A stretch of DNA of 64,000 nucleotides, from positions 3,328,001-3,392,000 of the forward strand of contig OZ250169.1 of the NCBI GenBank assembly GCA_965237955.1. Direction: 5' to 3'. The notes under the pieces were generated by a model. That model saw nothing but the letters and a program-made list of their open reading frames with translations. It did not search any database and was not told the origin of the DNA. Position numbers and translations under genes: made by a program. Position 1 is the stretch's first letter. Each line of letters opens with the position of its first letter. The DNA is from Candidatus Marinacidobacterales bacterium (GTDB lineage: Bacteria; Acidobacteriota; Vicinamibacteria; Marinacidobacterales; SMYC01). Positions 21,813-32,002 of the stretch are shown here, one piece after another.

Positions 21813-22177
21813 GACACATGGCGACAGAAATTAATGAATTGATGGACCGGAACCAGAAGCTCCCCGATCTTGAACTCGTACAGTTCGGGGAAGGCAGCCC
21901 GACCCATGGAAATTTGAGTAGACTGTACCAGCGGATCGATCACCTGTTGAAGGCGACAGGGAGAACAGATCTGTCGCTGGGCGAAGCATGTGCACAACTC
22001 AAAGTCGACCTGCCCGAACAGGAGAGGGCGGACGAGCCGTTCGCCAAAGTGGTCCGATGGTTCTCCGACCGGTGTCTGGACGAGTCCCGCGAACTTTGGA
22101 AGTCGTCGCTATGGCTGAGGCAGGTCGAATCCAAACTCGCGGCGCTGATAACAGATGACGCGCTGGCTAACCAGTAG
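21813..22177 (+). CDS. Hypothetical protein, probably 5'-truncated by IS5
   Basis: Frame open from the IS boundary; protein-like composition, no recognised motif. Confidence 0.4.
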
Positions 22178-22427
22178 ATTCGTCTGAACAACCCGCCGCG
22201 GGATTCAATGCCCGGTAGTTATACCCGAGGCGACGACCAGCTCCTTGACGCTTGGCCTGCGTCTCAATGAGGATATCGACCGGGGAGAGGTGGCGCGCCG
22301 TCGGGGATTCCGATTGGCAACGCCGAGAAACTGTGCGAGACTGCTTCTTCACGGTGGCTCCTCTGCTGGAAGGTTTGCACCTCGGTTTAGCTCACCGGCG
22401 TAGGATTACGCCATGAAGAAGCCTACC

Positions 22428-22521
22428 TGTGCTCCGCAAAAAGTCGATCCAGCGTTGATTGCGCGTTTTAGACCTGCTATGGTCGGCTGTTTCTGGCCGA
22501 TCTTCTTTTTTGCGGATCACA
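22428..22521. mobile_element. 94-bp MITE-like element with TGT...ACA inverted ends
   Basis: TGTGCTCCGCAAAAAG ... CTTTTTTGCGGATCACA. Confidence 0.55.
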
Positions 22522-22714
22522 ACAGGTTTCTGCACAATCTGTCGGTCTGCAAAATGACAGGACTCTACAGGTAAGAATGAGAGAACCTAAAGGAAATATT
22601 GGTACGGTATTGGCTTCTGGGCCATTTGGCCGTGTCTTGAAGCCGGTGCGCTTCCAGCGGGCTCAAGCGGGCGCGTGGGATCTCCAGCGGGCGGAGCTGT
22701 CGCGTCCTGTGCGG

Positions 22715-23584
22715 ATGAAGGCGGTGGGCCTAGCCGTGGTGGGTCTCTCCCTCGTGCTTCTGCAGTGCTGTGGGGGGAGGACCACTGCGCACACCGAAGA
22801 TCCCGGCGAGACCACAACTTCGGCGACCACCGAGGCGGGAACAACCGCCCCGACGACTCCGGCACCGGGTGCTGAGCCGACTATCATCATCGATGCAAGC
22901 GCACCAGCAGCGTGGGTGGAGGACTTCAACGGTGTGATGGAAAACTTGAAGGCCCTACTAACCCCAAGTCGTCCGAAGCCTCTGACAATCCGAGCTTGGC
23001 TCGACACAGTTGCGCCCCCAGCAGGTTTCCAGAACGGGCAGTATCTCACAAGCAAAGATGGCGAGTTGGTTCTCGCACTAGAGATCAGTTCATGGGAAAT
23101 TGAGCATCAGCATGATCACCGCCTGTCAGTTATAGCCCACGAATATTTCCACTGGTATCAGCACTCGCTTCACTCAGGGGATATGTTTAGCTTCCAGTGT
23201 AAATGGATGATAGAAGGAGCAGCCGGGGCATTTGAATCAATGTACCTTGCTGAATATCACGATATCAATACTTATTTTGAGGATGCTCAGCTGCGACATA
23301 TTCCGTCTGGAGATCCCAACCCAGCTGAGTATGAACTTTACAGCACCTCGGAGACGAATTACGGATATTCGGTATACATGATGCTGATTCTTGCCCAACA
23401 CACCTCATTTCAGAAAGTCTTTGTGGATTTCTGGGAACAGGCGCCTCAAAGTGCGAATTGGAAAGATATATTTTCGGCCACCTTCGGCATGTCTGTCGAT
23501 GCCTTTTACGACATTGTGAGAACAAAGCCAGACAAAAGTAGTCTTATTCCCTCTCAAGGCACACTGCTCACCGTTCAGTTCTGA
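22715..23584 (+). CDS. Putative lipoprotein with zincin HExxH motif
   Basis: MKAVGLAVVGLSLVLLQCC signal, Thr/Pro linker, AHEYFH...WMIEGAA; lower GC. Confidence 0.65.
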   Translation: MKAVGLAVVGLSLVLLQCCGGRTTAHTEDPGETTTSATTEAGTTAPTTPAPGAEPTIIIDASAPAAWVEDFNGVMENLKALLTPSRPKPLTIRAWLDTVAPPAGFQNGQYLTSKDGELVLALEISSWEIEHQHDHRLSVIAHEYFHWYQHSLHSGDMFSFQCKWMIEGAAGAFESMYLAEYHDINTYFEDAQLRHIPSGDPNPAEYELYSTSETNYGYSVYMMLILAQHTSFQKVFVDFWEQAPQSANWKDIFSATFGMSVDAFYDIVRTKPDKSSLIPSQGTLLTVQF

Positions 23585-23848
23585 CCTGTCGAAAACGAAG
23601 TCCGGGCACGAAATTCTTGACCGCGGCATCTTGGCGCGCGCGGGTGCACGGAGCGGCGCTGCTCACACAGACCTGTCGTCCTGTGCTCTGCTGAACCGCG
23701 TCCTGTGCCAAAACTCGGCTGTCCATTCCATAAACTTGAGCTGCATGAGATTGGCAAACTGCCTGCAACCAGGACGCTTTGGTCGTCTTCATGTAGGACG
23801 TTTTGAGAGCCGGCGTCGGCTCTACTCAGGGGTAGAGGTGTAAGCTGG

Positions 23849-24935
23849 TGCCTTGGTGCACAACTCGCGATCTCGGTCCACAATTGTCCTGTACTCGCGG
23901 ATTCGAGGTTCCCCATGAGCATTTTCAAACGCACTCAGCGGAAGTATGTGAAGAAGGCCTATCGCGTGAGGAATTGGCGTGAATATGAGGCGGGTCTGCG
24001 CAACCGCGGGAGCCTGACCGTCTGGATCTCGCTCACCGCCGGCAAGCTTGTGAACTGGGACGCGCCCCGGCCAAGGAGGAGGAAACCGGGCCGTCAACGC
24101 AAGTACTCGAACCACGCCATCGAGACGGCTGTCACCCTGGGCATGGTGTTTCATCTGTCGTCTAGGCAGAGCGAGGGATTGCTGCGATCGTTGTTCGCTC
24201 TGATGAAGCTAGACAATGATGTGCCCGATCACACCACGATCTCGAGGCGCAAGGCGAAGCTGGGTAAGGTCCCCTTCTACCAAGACAAGCAGAAGACGCC
24301 GTTGCACATCTTGATCGACAGCAGCGGTCTCGCTGTCCACGCCGGCCAGCTGCGCAGAGCACCAAATAGCAGGGACTATCGCAAGCTCCATCTGTGTGTC
24401 GACGAGCAGCGTGGCGAAGTCGTCGCCGGCGAGCTGACGAGCAAAAGAGCCCGCGATTCATCGCGGGTTGCATCGCTTGTCGGACAGATCGACAGTCCCA
24501 TCTCATCGGCTAGAGCTGACACCGCATACGACGCCAGCGGCGTCTATGAGGCGATCGAGAATCACAGCGCTCATCGCTCGCCGAGGGTGCTGATACCGCC
24601 GCGCAAGGGCGCCCAGCTCGCATCGGGGCCGGCGAGCAGCCGACAGCGTAATCGCAACATTGCAGCACAAGCTCGGCTCGGCAAACGAAAGTGGCACACA
24701 GAATCGGGCTACAGCAAACGGAGCAAAGTCGAGACAACGTTCCATCGCTACAAGGCTATCGTGGGCTCAGCGATGCGAGCGAGAGGGTTGGCGGCACAGA
24801 GAGTCGAGGCAAGGATCGGGTGCAAGATTCTCAACACGATGACGGCGCTCGGGATGCCTGATAGCGAGATGATCGGATGATGGGAGTCGGGGCCAAGCGA
24901 GTTCTCGGCCTCTATCGGAGTTGTGCACCAAGGCA
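23849..24935 (+). mobile_element. IS5 family copy 2; transposase 23915-24880
   Basis: Same IRs; protein identical to copy 1. Confidence 0.95.
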
Positions 24936-25110
24936 CCTGCGAGGCGCACTCAAGAACCTAGGACATGAACTCGGACGCAACACTATCAAGAGGATCCTCG
25001 CCGACCACGGTATCGCGCCTGCCCCGGAGCGGGGCAAGAGCATGTCGTGGAGCACCTTCATCAAGGCTCATTGGGGCGCCATCGCTGCGACAGACCTGTT
25101 CACCGTCGAG
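24936..25110 (+). pseudogene. Internal fragment of rve-type transposase
   Basis: LRGALKNLGHELGRNTIKRIL.DHGIAPAPER...WSTFIKAHW..IAATDLFTVE. Confidence 0.75.
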
Positions 25111-25252
25111 TCTGGGGTGCCGACCCTATGAGCTCGGGCTAGCGGCCCGCTCACTACAACTTTCAGAGAAGCCATTAAGGGTATCGTCTCAAGGGGGGGA
25201 CCGGTCTGTTTCAAAAGGGCCGAGTTCTGGCACAGGACGGGGAGCTTAAAAG

Positions 25253-26242
25253 ATGTTCGGACCCTATGTCCATAATGTCGATCCGATCATTGCCGAAGTG
25301 GGCGGCGTCTATCTCTGGTGGTATGGGCTTAGCTATTCGCTGGGATTCCTGCATTTGCATCTGTTTCTGCGCCGCCACAGGCTTCGGCTCGGACTCACTT
25401 CCAGAGACGTATACACCCTCACCCTTTTCATCGTGGTGGGCGTTTTGGTCGGGGCGCGTCTCATCGAAGTCGCATTCGACGAGTGGCCCTTCTACAGCGC
25501 GCACCCTACCCTCATTCCGGCATACTGGCTTGGGGGCCTGGCGTCTCACGGGGTCCTTCTCGGAGCGACTGTAGCTGTCACCTCCTTCGCCTTGCTCTAT
25601 CGAAAGGACCTGCTCGCGCTGTTCGATGCAGTCGTGATCCCCGGTTCGTTTCTGATGGGAATGGGAAGGATCGGGAACTTCATCGACGGCCAGATCGTGG
25701 GTGCTCTCACCGATGTGCCGTGGGGCGTGCGGTTTCCCGACGCAGTTGGAATCCGGCATCCGGTGGTTCTCTATGACGGCATCAAGAATCTTCTGCTGGT
25801 GCCTTTCCTCCTCCGTGTTCGAAAGATGAACCCAACGCCGGGGGCAACCGCAGCTCGTTTCGTCTTCTGGTATGCGTTCTTGCGTGTATTCATTGATCTG
25901 TTTCGCGACTATCCGACTCACCGTCTGGCTCTCGGGACCGGGCAGACCCTGAACCTCATCATGGTGTCGATCGGTGTCGTTTTTTTGATCCGATCGCGCA
26001 TTCGGCGTCTGGGTCGGCTGCGAAGTGGTGCCAGAGAGGCACTGGAGGTGGAAGCCCCGCCTGAAAAAGCGCCATTCGTGTTACAGAGAATCGTACTCGT
26101 TGTTTTACTGGTGTGCTGTCTGACGTTGCCCAGCAACTGGACACAGAACATACCGGAACGATACGGGAAGCGACACGCCGGACTCGAACACTCGTGGCTC
26201 TACCCAGACATCAACACGTCGGCGCCGACCGATGAACCCTAG
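25253..26242 (+). CDS. lgt: Prolipoprotein diacylglyceryl transferase
   Basis: WYGLSY, GARL, GGLASHG, GRIGNFI, PWGV.FP, RHPVVLY, R.FIDLFR. Confidence 0.85.
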   Translation: MFGPYVHNVDPIIAEVGGVYLWWYGLSYSLGFLHLHLFLRRHRLRLGLTSRDVYTLTLFIVVGVLVGARLIEVAFDEWPFYSAHPTLIPAYWLGGLASHGVLLGATVAVTSFALLYRKDLLALFDAVVIPGSFLMGMGRIGNFIDGQIVGALTDVPWGVRFPDAVGIRHPVVLYDGIKNLLLVPFLLRVRKMNPTPGATAARFVFWYAFLRVFIDLFRDYPTHRLALGTGQTLNLIMVSIGVVFLIRSRIRRLGRLRSGAREALEVEAPPEKAPFVLQRIVLVVLLVCCLTLPSNWTQNIPERYGKRHAGLEHSWLYPDINTSAPTDEP

Positions 26243-26319
26243 AGGGGAGTCGCCGATAACGACGACTGGTGGTTTTGAGCGAGGTGTGACAGGTTGACTA
26301 AGCCTCGGAGGAAAAGACC

Positions 26320-26910
26320 ATGAGCAATCGAACCGTGACGCAGCTGGGCGCCATCGTGCTGATGGCGTCGTCGATAATGCCCCTATCGGCGAAAACCCAG
26401 ACGGTAAAGGGAAACACATACGCGGACACGGCAGAGGTAGGTGTCCGGACTCTCATGTTGATCGGTGCCGGACTTCGTGAGCGGTGGTGGCTTGACGTCT
26501 ACACGATGGGCGCGTATGCCGAGAACCGCACCTGCGATCCGCAGATGCTGATCTCGATGGATGGGGCAAAATCTCTCCGTATCGATCTGCTCCGCGACGT
26601 CGACGCGAAGAATATGGCCGACGCGCTCGAAGATGCTCTCGATAAGAACTTGCCGCCCGGCGGCTCCCCCGGTATCCGATCTCAGATCGATACCTTCCTA
26701 GGCTACTTTGAAAAGGACCTGGAGAAGGGGGACAGCATGGAGTTGACCTACGTTCCCGGCGTGGGTACGGCGCTAATGCAGAACCGGGAGCAGCAGGGAG
26801 CCACGATGCCGGGCAAGGGGTTTGCCGACATCCTGTGGGCTTCCTATTTCAGTTCCGAAACTTGCTGTTCGGGGCTCAAGAAGCAGATTCTCGACCATTG
26901 TTCCCAGTGA
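26320..26910 (+). CDS. Chalcone isomerase-like family exported protein
   Basis: Signal peptide; L.GAGLRE...DVY.MG.Y, LLRDV, GKGFADILW. Confidence 0.8.
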   Translation: MSNRTVTQLGAIVLMASSIMPLSAKTQTVKGNTYADTAEVGVRTLMLIGAGLRERWWLDVYTMGAYAENRTCDPQMLISMDGAKSLRIDLLRDVDAKNMADALEDALDKNLPPGGSPGIRSQIDTFLGYFEKDLEKGDSMELTYVPGVGTALMQNREQQGATMPGKGFADILWASYFSSETCCSGLKKQILDHCSQ

Positions 26911-26971
26911 GAGGTTCGCAGGAGGATGGATGTCTTCACGACCAGGCAAGTCGAGGAGCTTCGCAATGAGC

Positions 26972-27021
26972 TGTTAGCGGCGGCTGTAAATTGCACATTT
27001 GTGGCGGACGAAAATTGCACA
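26972..27021 (+). mobile_element. Isolated IS21-family-like terminus
   Basis: TGTTAGCGGCGG followed by two AAATTGCACA repeats; cut off by a 57-bp end at 27027. Confidence 0.5.
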
Positions 27022-27026
27022 CCGCA

Positions 27027-27132
27027 CCCCGTCCTGTGCCAAAACTCGGCCCTTTGAAATAGACCACAAATCAGCAGCTTAGACGCCCTTGGAATCCGCG
27101 CGGAAGCGAGGGTATTTCACGCCGCAGGGCTG
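27027..27132 (+). repeat. 57-bp element end (R-type extension ACGCCCTTGGAATCCGC); one of 12 copies
   Basis: CCCCGTCCTGTGCCAAAACTCGGCCCTTT(T)GAAATAGACCAYAAATCAGCAGCTTAG; other copies at 23699(partial), 25203-25242(-), 27853, 30987, 31670-31726(-), 33364, 33506, 35381(partial), 40632-40687(-), 42490(partial), 47708-47764(-). Confidence 0.95.
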
Positions 27133-27143
27133 CCTTCCGACCC

Positions 27144-27272
27144 CGTCGTGTCCAAAAACACAAACGCGTTGCCAAGTCCTTGATGGTTGCGCTCTCCACG
27201 ATAGTGATAGATGAACTCGGCGACGGCCCGGCGAGCCGGTCTTAGAGTTCGTTTGTATTTTTGGACACGACG
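27144..27272. mobile_element. 129-bp MITE with CGTCGTGTCCAAAAA inverted ends
   Basis: Inverted ends enclose a transposase C-terminal scrap (EFIYHY.GERNHQGLGN); near-identical copy at 31866-31995. Confidence 0.8.
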
Positions 27273-27359
27273 GGCATATCTCGTTCATCGTCGTTCCCCT
27301 GCCCGTTCTTGATGGGCTTGAACCGCTCCGTCACGCTACTCCACCCCCGGTGACCCTCC

Positions 27360-27650
27360 GTCGCCGTTCGGAGGTCGGCCTGGGCTCCGGTTCTTGCTGC
27401 CATCGTACTTGGCTGCGATGAGGTAGCGGTACCAGCGCAGAAGCGTAGCGGGTGTGGCAACAGACGCAATCTGGGCCAGCGCCTCGCGGCCCAAAGCCTG
27501 GGCCTTGACGGCGAGCCTGCGCCGATCGTCGTCAGAGAGCCTGAGACGCTTGCCCCGAAGCCCGGCTCGGAGCACACGGTTCTCCTCTCGCAAGTGGTCG
27601 ATCACATCCTGCTGCTGGCGGTTAACCCAGCCAGCCAGAAGGACACGTAT
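27360..27650 (-). pseudogene. N-terminal fragment of rve-type transposase
   Basis: AGWVNRQQQDVID.LREENRVLR...TPATLLRWYR.LIAAKYDGS; second copy at 40245-40556. Confidence 0.8.
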
Positions 27651-27709
27651 CTTGCGTCGGGGCATAACGAGATAATCGTAGCATCATCGGATAGCAAATA
27701 ACACGCGGA

Positions 27710-27822
27710 GGTACTGTCAAATGAAGCTGGCGCCTGACAGACTGGGCGGATGAAAAGCGACACGCCGAGCTACCACAGATATCGATTTCCGCCTGAAGTC
27801 AACAGCCACGCGGTCTGGCTTA
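27710..27822 (+). mobile_element. IS6 family left-end remnant
   Basis: GGTACTGTCAA end and MKSDTPSYHRYRFPPEV.SHAVW N-terminus. Confidence 0.65.
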
Positions 27823-28026
27823 GAAGGCCCCACGTTCGGACACGATCGGACACCCCGTCCTGTGCCAAAACTCGCCCCTCTTGAAATAGACCACAAATCA
27901 GCAGCTTAGACGCCCTTGGAATCCGCCGACCCTTGGGCTGCGGGGCGAGCTGCGGGCAGCGGACTGCGCACCCGGAAGCCCCTCATTAGACTGGACTTTA
28001 TCGAGCACAAGAGCGAACGTTCGGTG

Positions 28027-28464
28027 ATGCCGCAGAATACAGGGGTTGGCCGGAACGTCGTTTTGGACGGTTTGGACTTCGCCAGCTTACAGCGGGTCTG
28101 GGAGCAGGCCTTCGGGGCTGCTCCCCCACGCTCGCTCTCTCGCGTTTTCCTGTGCCGTGTTCTGGCGTACGAACGCCAGTGCCGGACTCATGGCGGGCTT
28201 TCGGCCGCAACCCGGCGCGCTCTGGCCGCCATGGCGAACGGGACGCCAGGCAACGGCGCCGCCGCTCCCGCAGGGTCCGTTTCTGCCGGCACCCATCTCG
28301 TCCGCGAGTGGAATGGCCGGACCTACCAGGTCGAGGTAATCGACAACGGCTATCGGTTCGATGGCAAAACCTATCCGTCCCTCACTACCATCGCAAAGCG
28401 AATCACCGGCACCCACTGGTCAGGACCACGCTTTTTCGGTCTGACGCCCAAGCGCAAGGCCTAA
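28027..28464 (+). CDS. DUF2924 domain protein
   Basis: LVREWNG, FDGKTYPSLT.IA..ITGT.WSGPRFFGL; 1 nt upstream of the recombinase. Confidence 0.88.
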   Translation: MPQNTGVGRNVVLDGLDFASLQRVWEQAFGAAPPRSLSRVFLCRVLAYERQCRTHGGLSAATRRALAAMANGTPGNGAAAPAGSVSAGTHLVREWNGRTYQVEVIDNGYRFDGKTYPSLTTIAKRITGTHWSGPRFFGLTPKRKA

Positions 28465-28465
28465 C

Positions 28466-30127
28466 ATGAAGAAAATCCGTTGCGCCATCTATACGCGAAA
28501 GAGCGCGGAAGAGGGTCTCGAACAGGAGTTCAACTCCCTCGATGCGCAGCGAGAGGCCTGCGCCGCGTATGTCGCGAGCCACAAGGCGGAGGGCTGGGTG
28601 CTGCTGCCAACCGTCTACGAGGACGCGGGGATCTCGGGAGGAACCCTGGAGCGCCCGGGCCTGCAGCGCTTGCTCGACGACATCGATGCAGGTCTCGTCG
28701 AGCAGATCGTGGTCTACAAGGTCGACCGACTGACCCGTTCCCTCTCCGACTTTGCGAAGCTCGTCGACCGGCTCGACGCGGCCAGCACCGGGTTTGTCTC
28801 GGTGACCCAGTCCTTCAACACCGCGACCAGCATGGGACGACTGACGCTGCATATGCTGCTGTCCTTCGCACAATTCGAGCGGGAGGTCACGGCCGAGCGG
28901 ATCCGCGATAAGGTCGCTGCCTCCAAGCGCAAGGGACTATGGATGGGCGGCCGCGTACCGCTCGGCTATGAGAAGGACGAGCGCACGCTGCGCATCAACG
29001 AGGCTGAGGCCGAAACGGTCCGGACGCTCTATGCGCTGTACCGGAAGCACGGAACGCTCCGGCAGGTGAAGGCCGACGCGGACCGTCTGAGACTGCGCAC
29101 CAAGCAACGCTTCGCCGCGGATGGAACCCGGACAGGCGGGCTGCCGTTCCGTCGCGGACACCTTCACTGCCTGCTGACCAATCCTCTCTACGCCGGCCGC
29201 ATCCGGCACCAGAGGCGTGTCTACGAGGGCCAGCATCCATCGATCATTGCTCCGGAGCTCTGGGACGCGGTCCAGGCGCAGCTGCAGGCAGGGGCTGCCA
29301 AACCAAGGAGACGCACGACGAAGGGCCGTGCAGCCCGTTCCCCACTGGCAGGCAAGCTCTTCGACGAGACCGGGGACCGGCTGACGCCGAGCCACACCAA
29401 AAAGAAAAACGGGCAACGGCTCCGCTACTACGTCTCCCGGCGCCTCATCCAGCACAGTGGCCAAAAGGACCTCTCCGGCTGGCGGCTGCCCGCCCCGATG
29501 CTGGAACAGACCGTCGTGCATCTCATCCGACAGCATGTGGATGCCACGACTTTCTCGGCCTCGTTGATCCACACTCCGACGATGCAAGAGCTTGCCTCGG
29601 TGGGTCGCTTTTTAGACGGGCTGTGTTCCGATACTAATGATGATAGTGCCTCGGCAGCCCCCCTGCTCCGTCTTATCCGGCGGGTCGACATCAGCCCTGG
29701 CTCTGTGTCCATCCTGCTCGACCGCAATGCGTTCGCTGCTTGCCTCTCTATGGGACCTGACCGCATTCGCGAGGATGCACTCCGCATCCTCGCACCGTTC
29801 CGCTTGCGCCGACGCGGCGTCGAGACCAAGCTCGTTCTGGGCAACCCCACGAAATCCGTCGACCGCACACTCCTGCGCAATATCAGAAACGCCCGCTCCT
29901 GGCTCGACCGAATCAAAGCAGGCAAAACCTATGAGGAGATTGCCACCGAAGACGCCATCCCAACGGACCGCGTGCGCAAGGCAATCCGTTATGCCTTCCT
30001 GGCTCCTGACATCGTCCGCGCCATTGTCGAAGGCCGCCAGCCCGTTGGGCTGACCTCGAGCTACCTCTTGCATCATCCGCTTCCCGACGATTGGGAGAAA
30101 CAGCGAGTGCTCGTCAAAACGCTGTGA
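28466..30127 (+). CDS. Large serine recombinase
   Basis: CAIYTRKS (catalytic Ser), SG..LERPGL, YKVDRLTRS, FAQFERE, LTNPLYAG, LRYYVS. Confidence 0.95.
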   Translation: MKKIRCAIYTRKSAEEGLEQEFNSLDAQREACAAYVASHKAEGWVLLPTVYEDAGISGGTLERPGLQRLLDDIDAGLVEQIVVYKVDRLTRSLSDFAKLVDRLDAASTGFVSVTQSFNTATSMGRLTLHMLLSFAQFEREVTAERIRDKVAASKRKGLWMGGRVPLGYEKDERTLRINEAEAETVRTLYALYRKHGTLRQVKADADRLRLRTKQRFAADGTRTGGLPFRRGHLHCLLTNPLYAGRIRHQRRVYEGQHPSIIAPELWDAVQAQLQAGAAKPRRRTTKGRAARSPLAGKLFDETGDRLTPSHTKKKNGQRLRYYVSRRLIQHSGQKDLSGWRLPAPMLEQTVVHLIRQHVDATTFSASLIHTPTMQELASVGRFLDGLCSDTNDDSASAAPLLRLIRRVDISPGSVSILLDRNAFAACLSMGPDRIREDALRILAPFRLRRRGVETKLVLGNPTKSVDRTLLRNIRNARSWLDRIKAGKTYEEIATEDAIPTDRVRKAIRYAFLAPDIVRAIVEGRQPVGLTSSYLLHHPLPDDWEKQRVLVKTL

Positions 30128-30986
30128 GCCTGCCAGCGCCCACTTCGTGAATGGGCTCGGTTAGCAGCAAGCTGCTCTCCGACACTGGCCTCCACCAATC
30201 AGCCTCAAACTCGCCCAAATTCCCTGTCATGGTTTCCAGACTCGGATAGCCTCCTTGTACTGGACCGTCTGCGGAGTCATCTTCGTTTCCTCCATAAAAC
30301 TCCGCTGGATGAATTCGAGGTTTGGCCAATTCGAATTTCGCTATTCGCCTTCTCCTCAGGCGCGATCTAGGCGTAGAGCGTCTTCTCATTGTCTGCGCGA
30401 TTAAGTGGAAAAACGACACGATAAGCCCCAAAATCGCCCCAAATTGCACGCTAAGGACCTGTTTTGCTCTGTTTCTGATCGTTTCCAGCCAAGAACCGGA
30501 AGCTCCACTCGAGCCTCCCGACTGCGATAGCCGGAAAGATGTTCCCGTCGACGAACATTCGCTGATGAGACGTAAAGCCTTTTGCGACAATGAGTAACGG
30601 TCGGAGCCGCCTCCGGAGGGTTTACGACACGGCCCTCTTTCAAGCGTCCAGGAGGTTGAGATTGCCGTATAGAAAATTTGATTGAAGCAAATTCGATTCC
30701 GGCTCGAACGACCACCCGTCGATAATGCGTGCGGGGACCAGCACGTGACAGCGGCCGTTAAATCACTGTAGGGGAAGAGGATGGAACGAAATTGGCATCA
30801 TGGTTGAAACCCGAGAGGGCGTAAAACAGCCTTTTCGCAAAACCTGTGTACGCGTCAAAAAAGTCAAAAAATGCGCGAAACTCGAAACCTCCTGAATCTC
30901 CACTGAATTTTCTGTTTGAGGATTTCCGCCAAAAGCTGGACCACCTTTTACCGAGACCGGATAGCTCCAACCTGCACCATCCGCCA

Positions 30987-31726
30987 CCCCGTCCTGTGCC
31001 AAAACTCGGCCCTTTTGAAACAGACCATAACTCAGCAGCTTAGCGTCTGTGTTTGCGACCGGCCCAAGGGCCGTGGGCTTTACAATCGTCTAGCCCGAGG
31101 GTGTTATCTTCAGATCCATGATGACGTACCCCGTACAATTCCTACTGCTCGTTCTGGCTGGGTCAGCCGCCAGCAGCAGGAAGTGATTGTCCAGACGGAG
31201 ACCGGGCGAACCACCATGGACGCGCTTCGAGAGCAGGTCCGGCGAATCGCGGAAGCCTGTGGCGCTCCGATTAACTAGCCGGTCCAATCGGGCTATAATC
31301 TCGACATGCCGATCTTCGAATACGCCTGCTTGGAATGCGACAAACGCTTCGAGTCGCTTGTCCTGAGTTCGAGCGAGGACGTGCCGCGCTGTCCTTCCTG
31401 CGAGAGCGGCAAGCTGGAAAAGCAGCCTTCAGTCTTTGCGGTCAGTAGTGGAAACGGGGCGGCGGCTGCAGCTGAGGCACCCGGGGCCTGTGGATCTTGC
31501 GGTGACCCTCAAGGCCCGGGTTCTTGCTCGCTGAACTGAGCTTTTCCCGGAAGACGACGCAATACGCATCGAACTAGTCGGTGCCTGTGAGGTCAAAATA
31601 CTCATGCGGCTTCCCGATGGTAGAAACGTAACAACCCGCCAAGCCGTTCACGGGAGCGCACCATAGAAACTAAGCTGCTGATTTATGGTCTATTTCAAAA
31701 GGGCCGAGTTTTGGCACAGGACGGGG
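30987..31726. mobile_element. 740-bp non-autonomous element bounded by inverted 57-bp ends, carrying an FmdB-like gene
   Basis: End at 30987(+) with promoter and transposase scrap; end at 31670-31726(-); no target duplication. Confidence 0.7.
31306..31539 (+). CDS. FmdB family zinc-ribbon protein
   Basis: MPIFEYAC..C..RFE, CPSC; TATAAT 6 nt upstream. Confidence 0.9.
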   Translation: MPIFEYACLECDKRFESLVLSSSEDVPRCPSCESGKLEKQPSVFAVSSGNGAAAAAEAPGACGSCGDPQGPGSCSLN

Positions 31727-31865
31727 TTACCTGTGATAATTACAGCCCAAATAGCGCTCACGACCTTCGCCGCACGGTAAATGGAGCGTAAGCGCTTTTT
31801 TGCAAAGGGATACGTACACATCGCCAACAGCAAACAGCGCAAGCACCCGCGAGAAGCTAGGTCCG

Positions 31866-31995
31866 CGTCGTGTTCAAAAAACACAAACGCGTTGCCAAGC
31901 CCTTGATGGTGGCGCTCTCCATGATAATGATAGATGAACTCGGCGACGGCCCCGCGCGCAGGTCTTAGAGTTCGTTTGTATTTTTGGACACGACG
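31866..31995. mobile_element. 130-bp MITE, copy of 27144-27272
   Basis: Same inverted ends and internal sequence. Confidence 0.8.
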
Positions 31996-32002
31996 CGCGC
32001 GA

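Noticed and set aside
30114-30715. ORFs in the recombinase tail as real genes
   Set aside because: No recognisable motifs, overlapping frames on both strands, and frameshifts between the two copies.
30955-30986. tRNA gene ending in CCGCCA
   Set aside because: No TTCRA T-loop or cloverleaf is visible; at most an att-like remnant.
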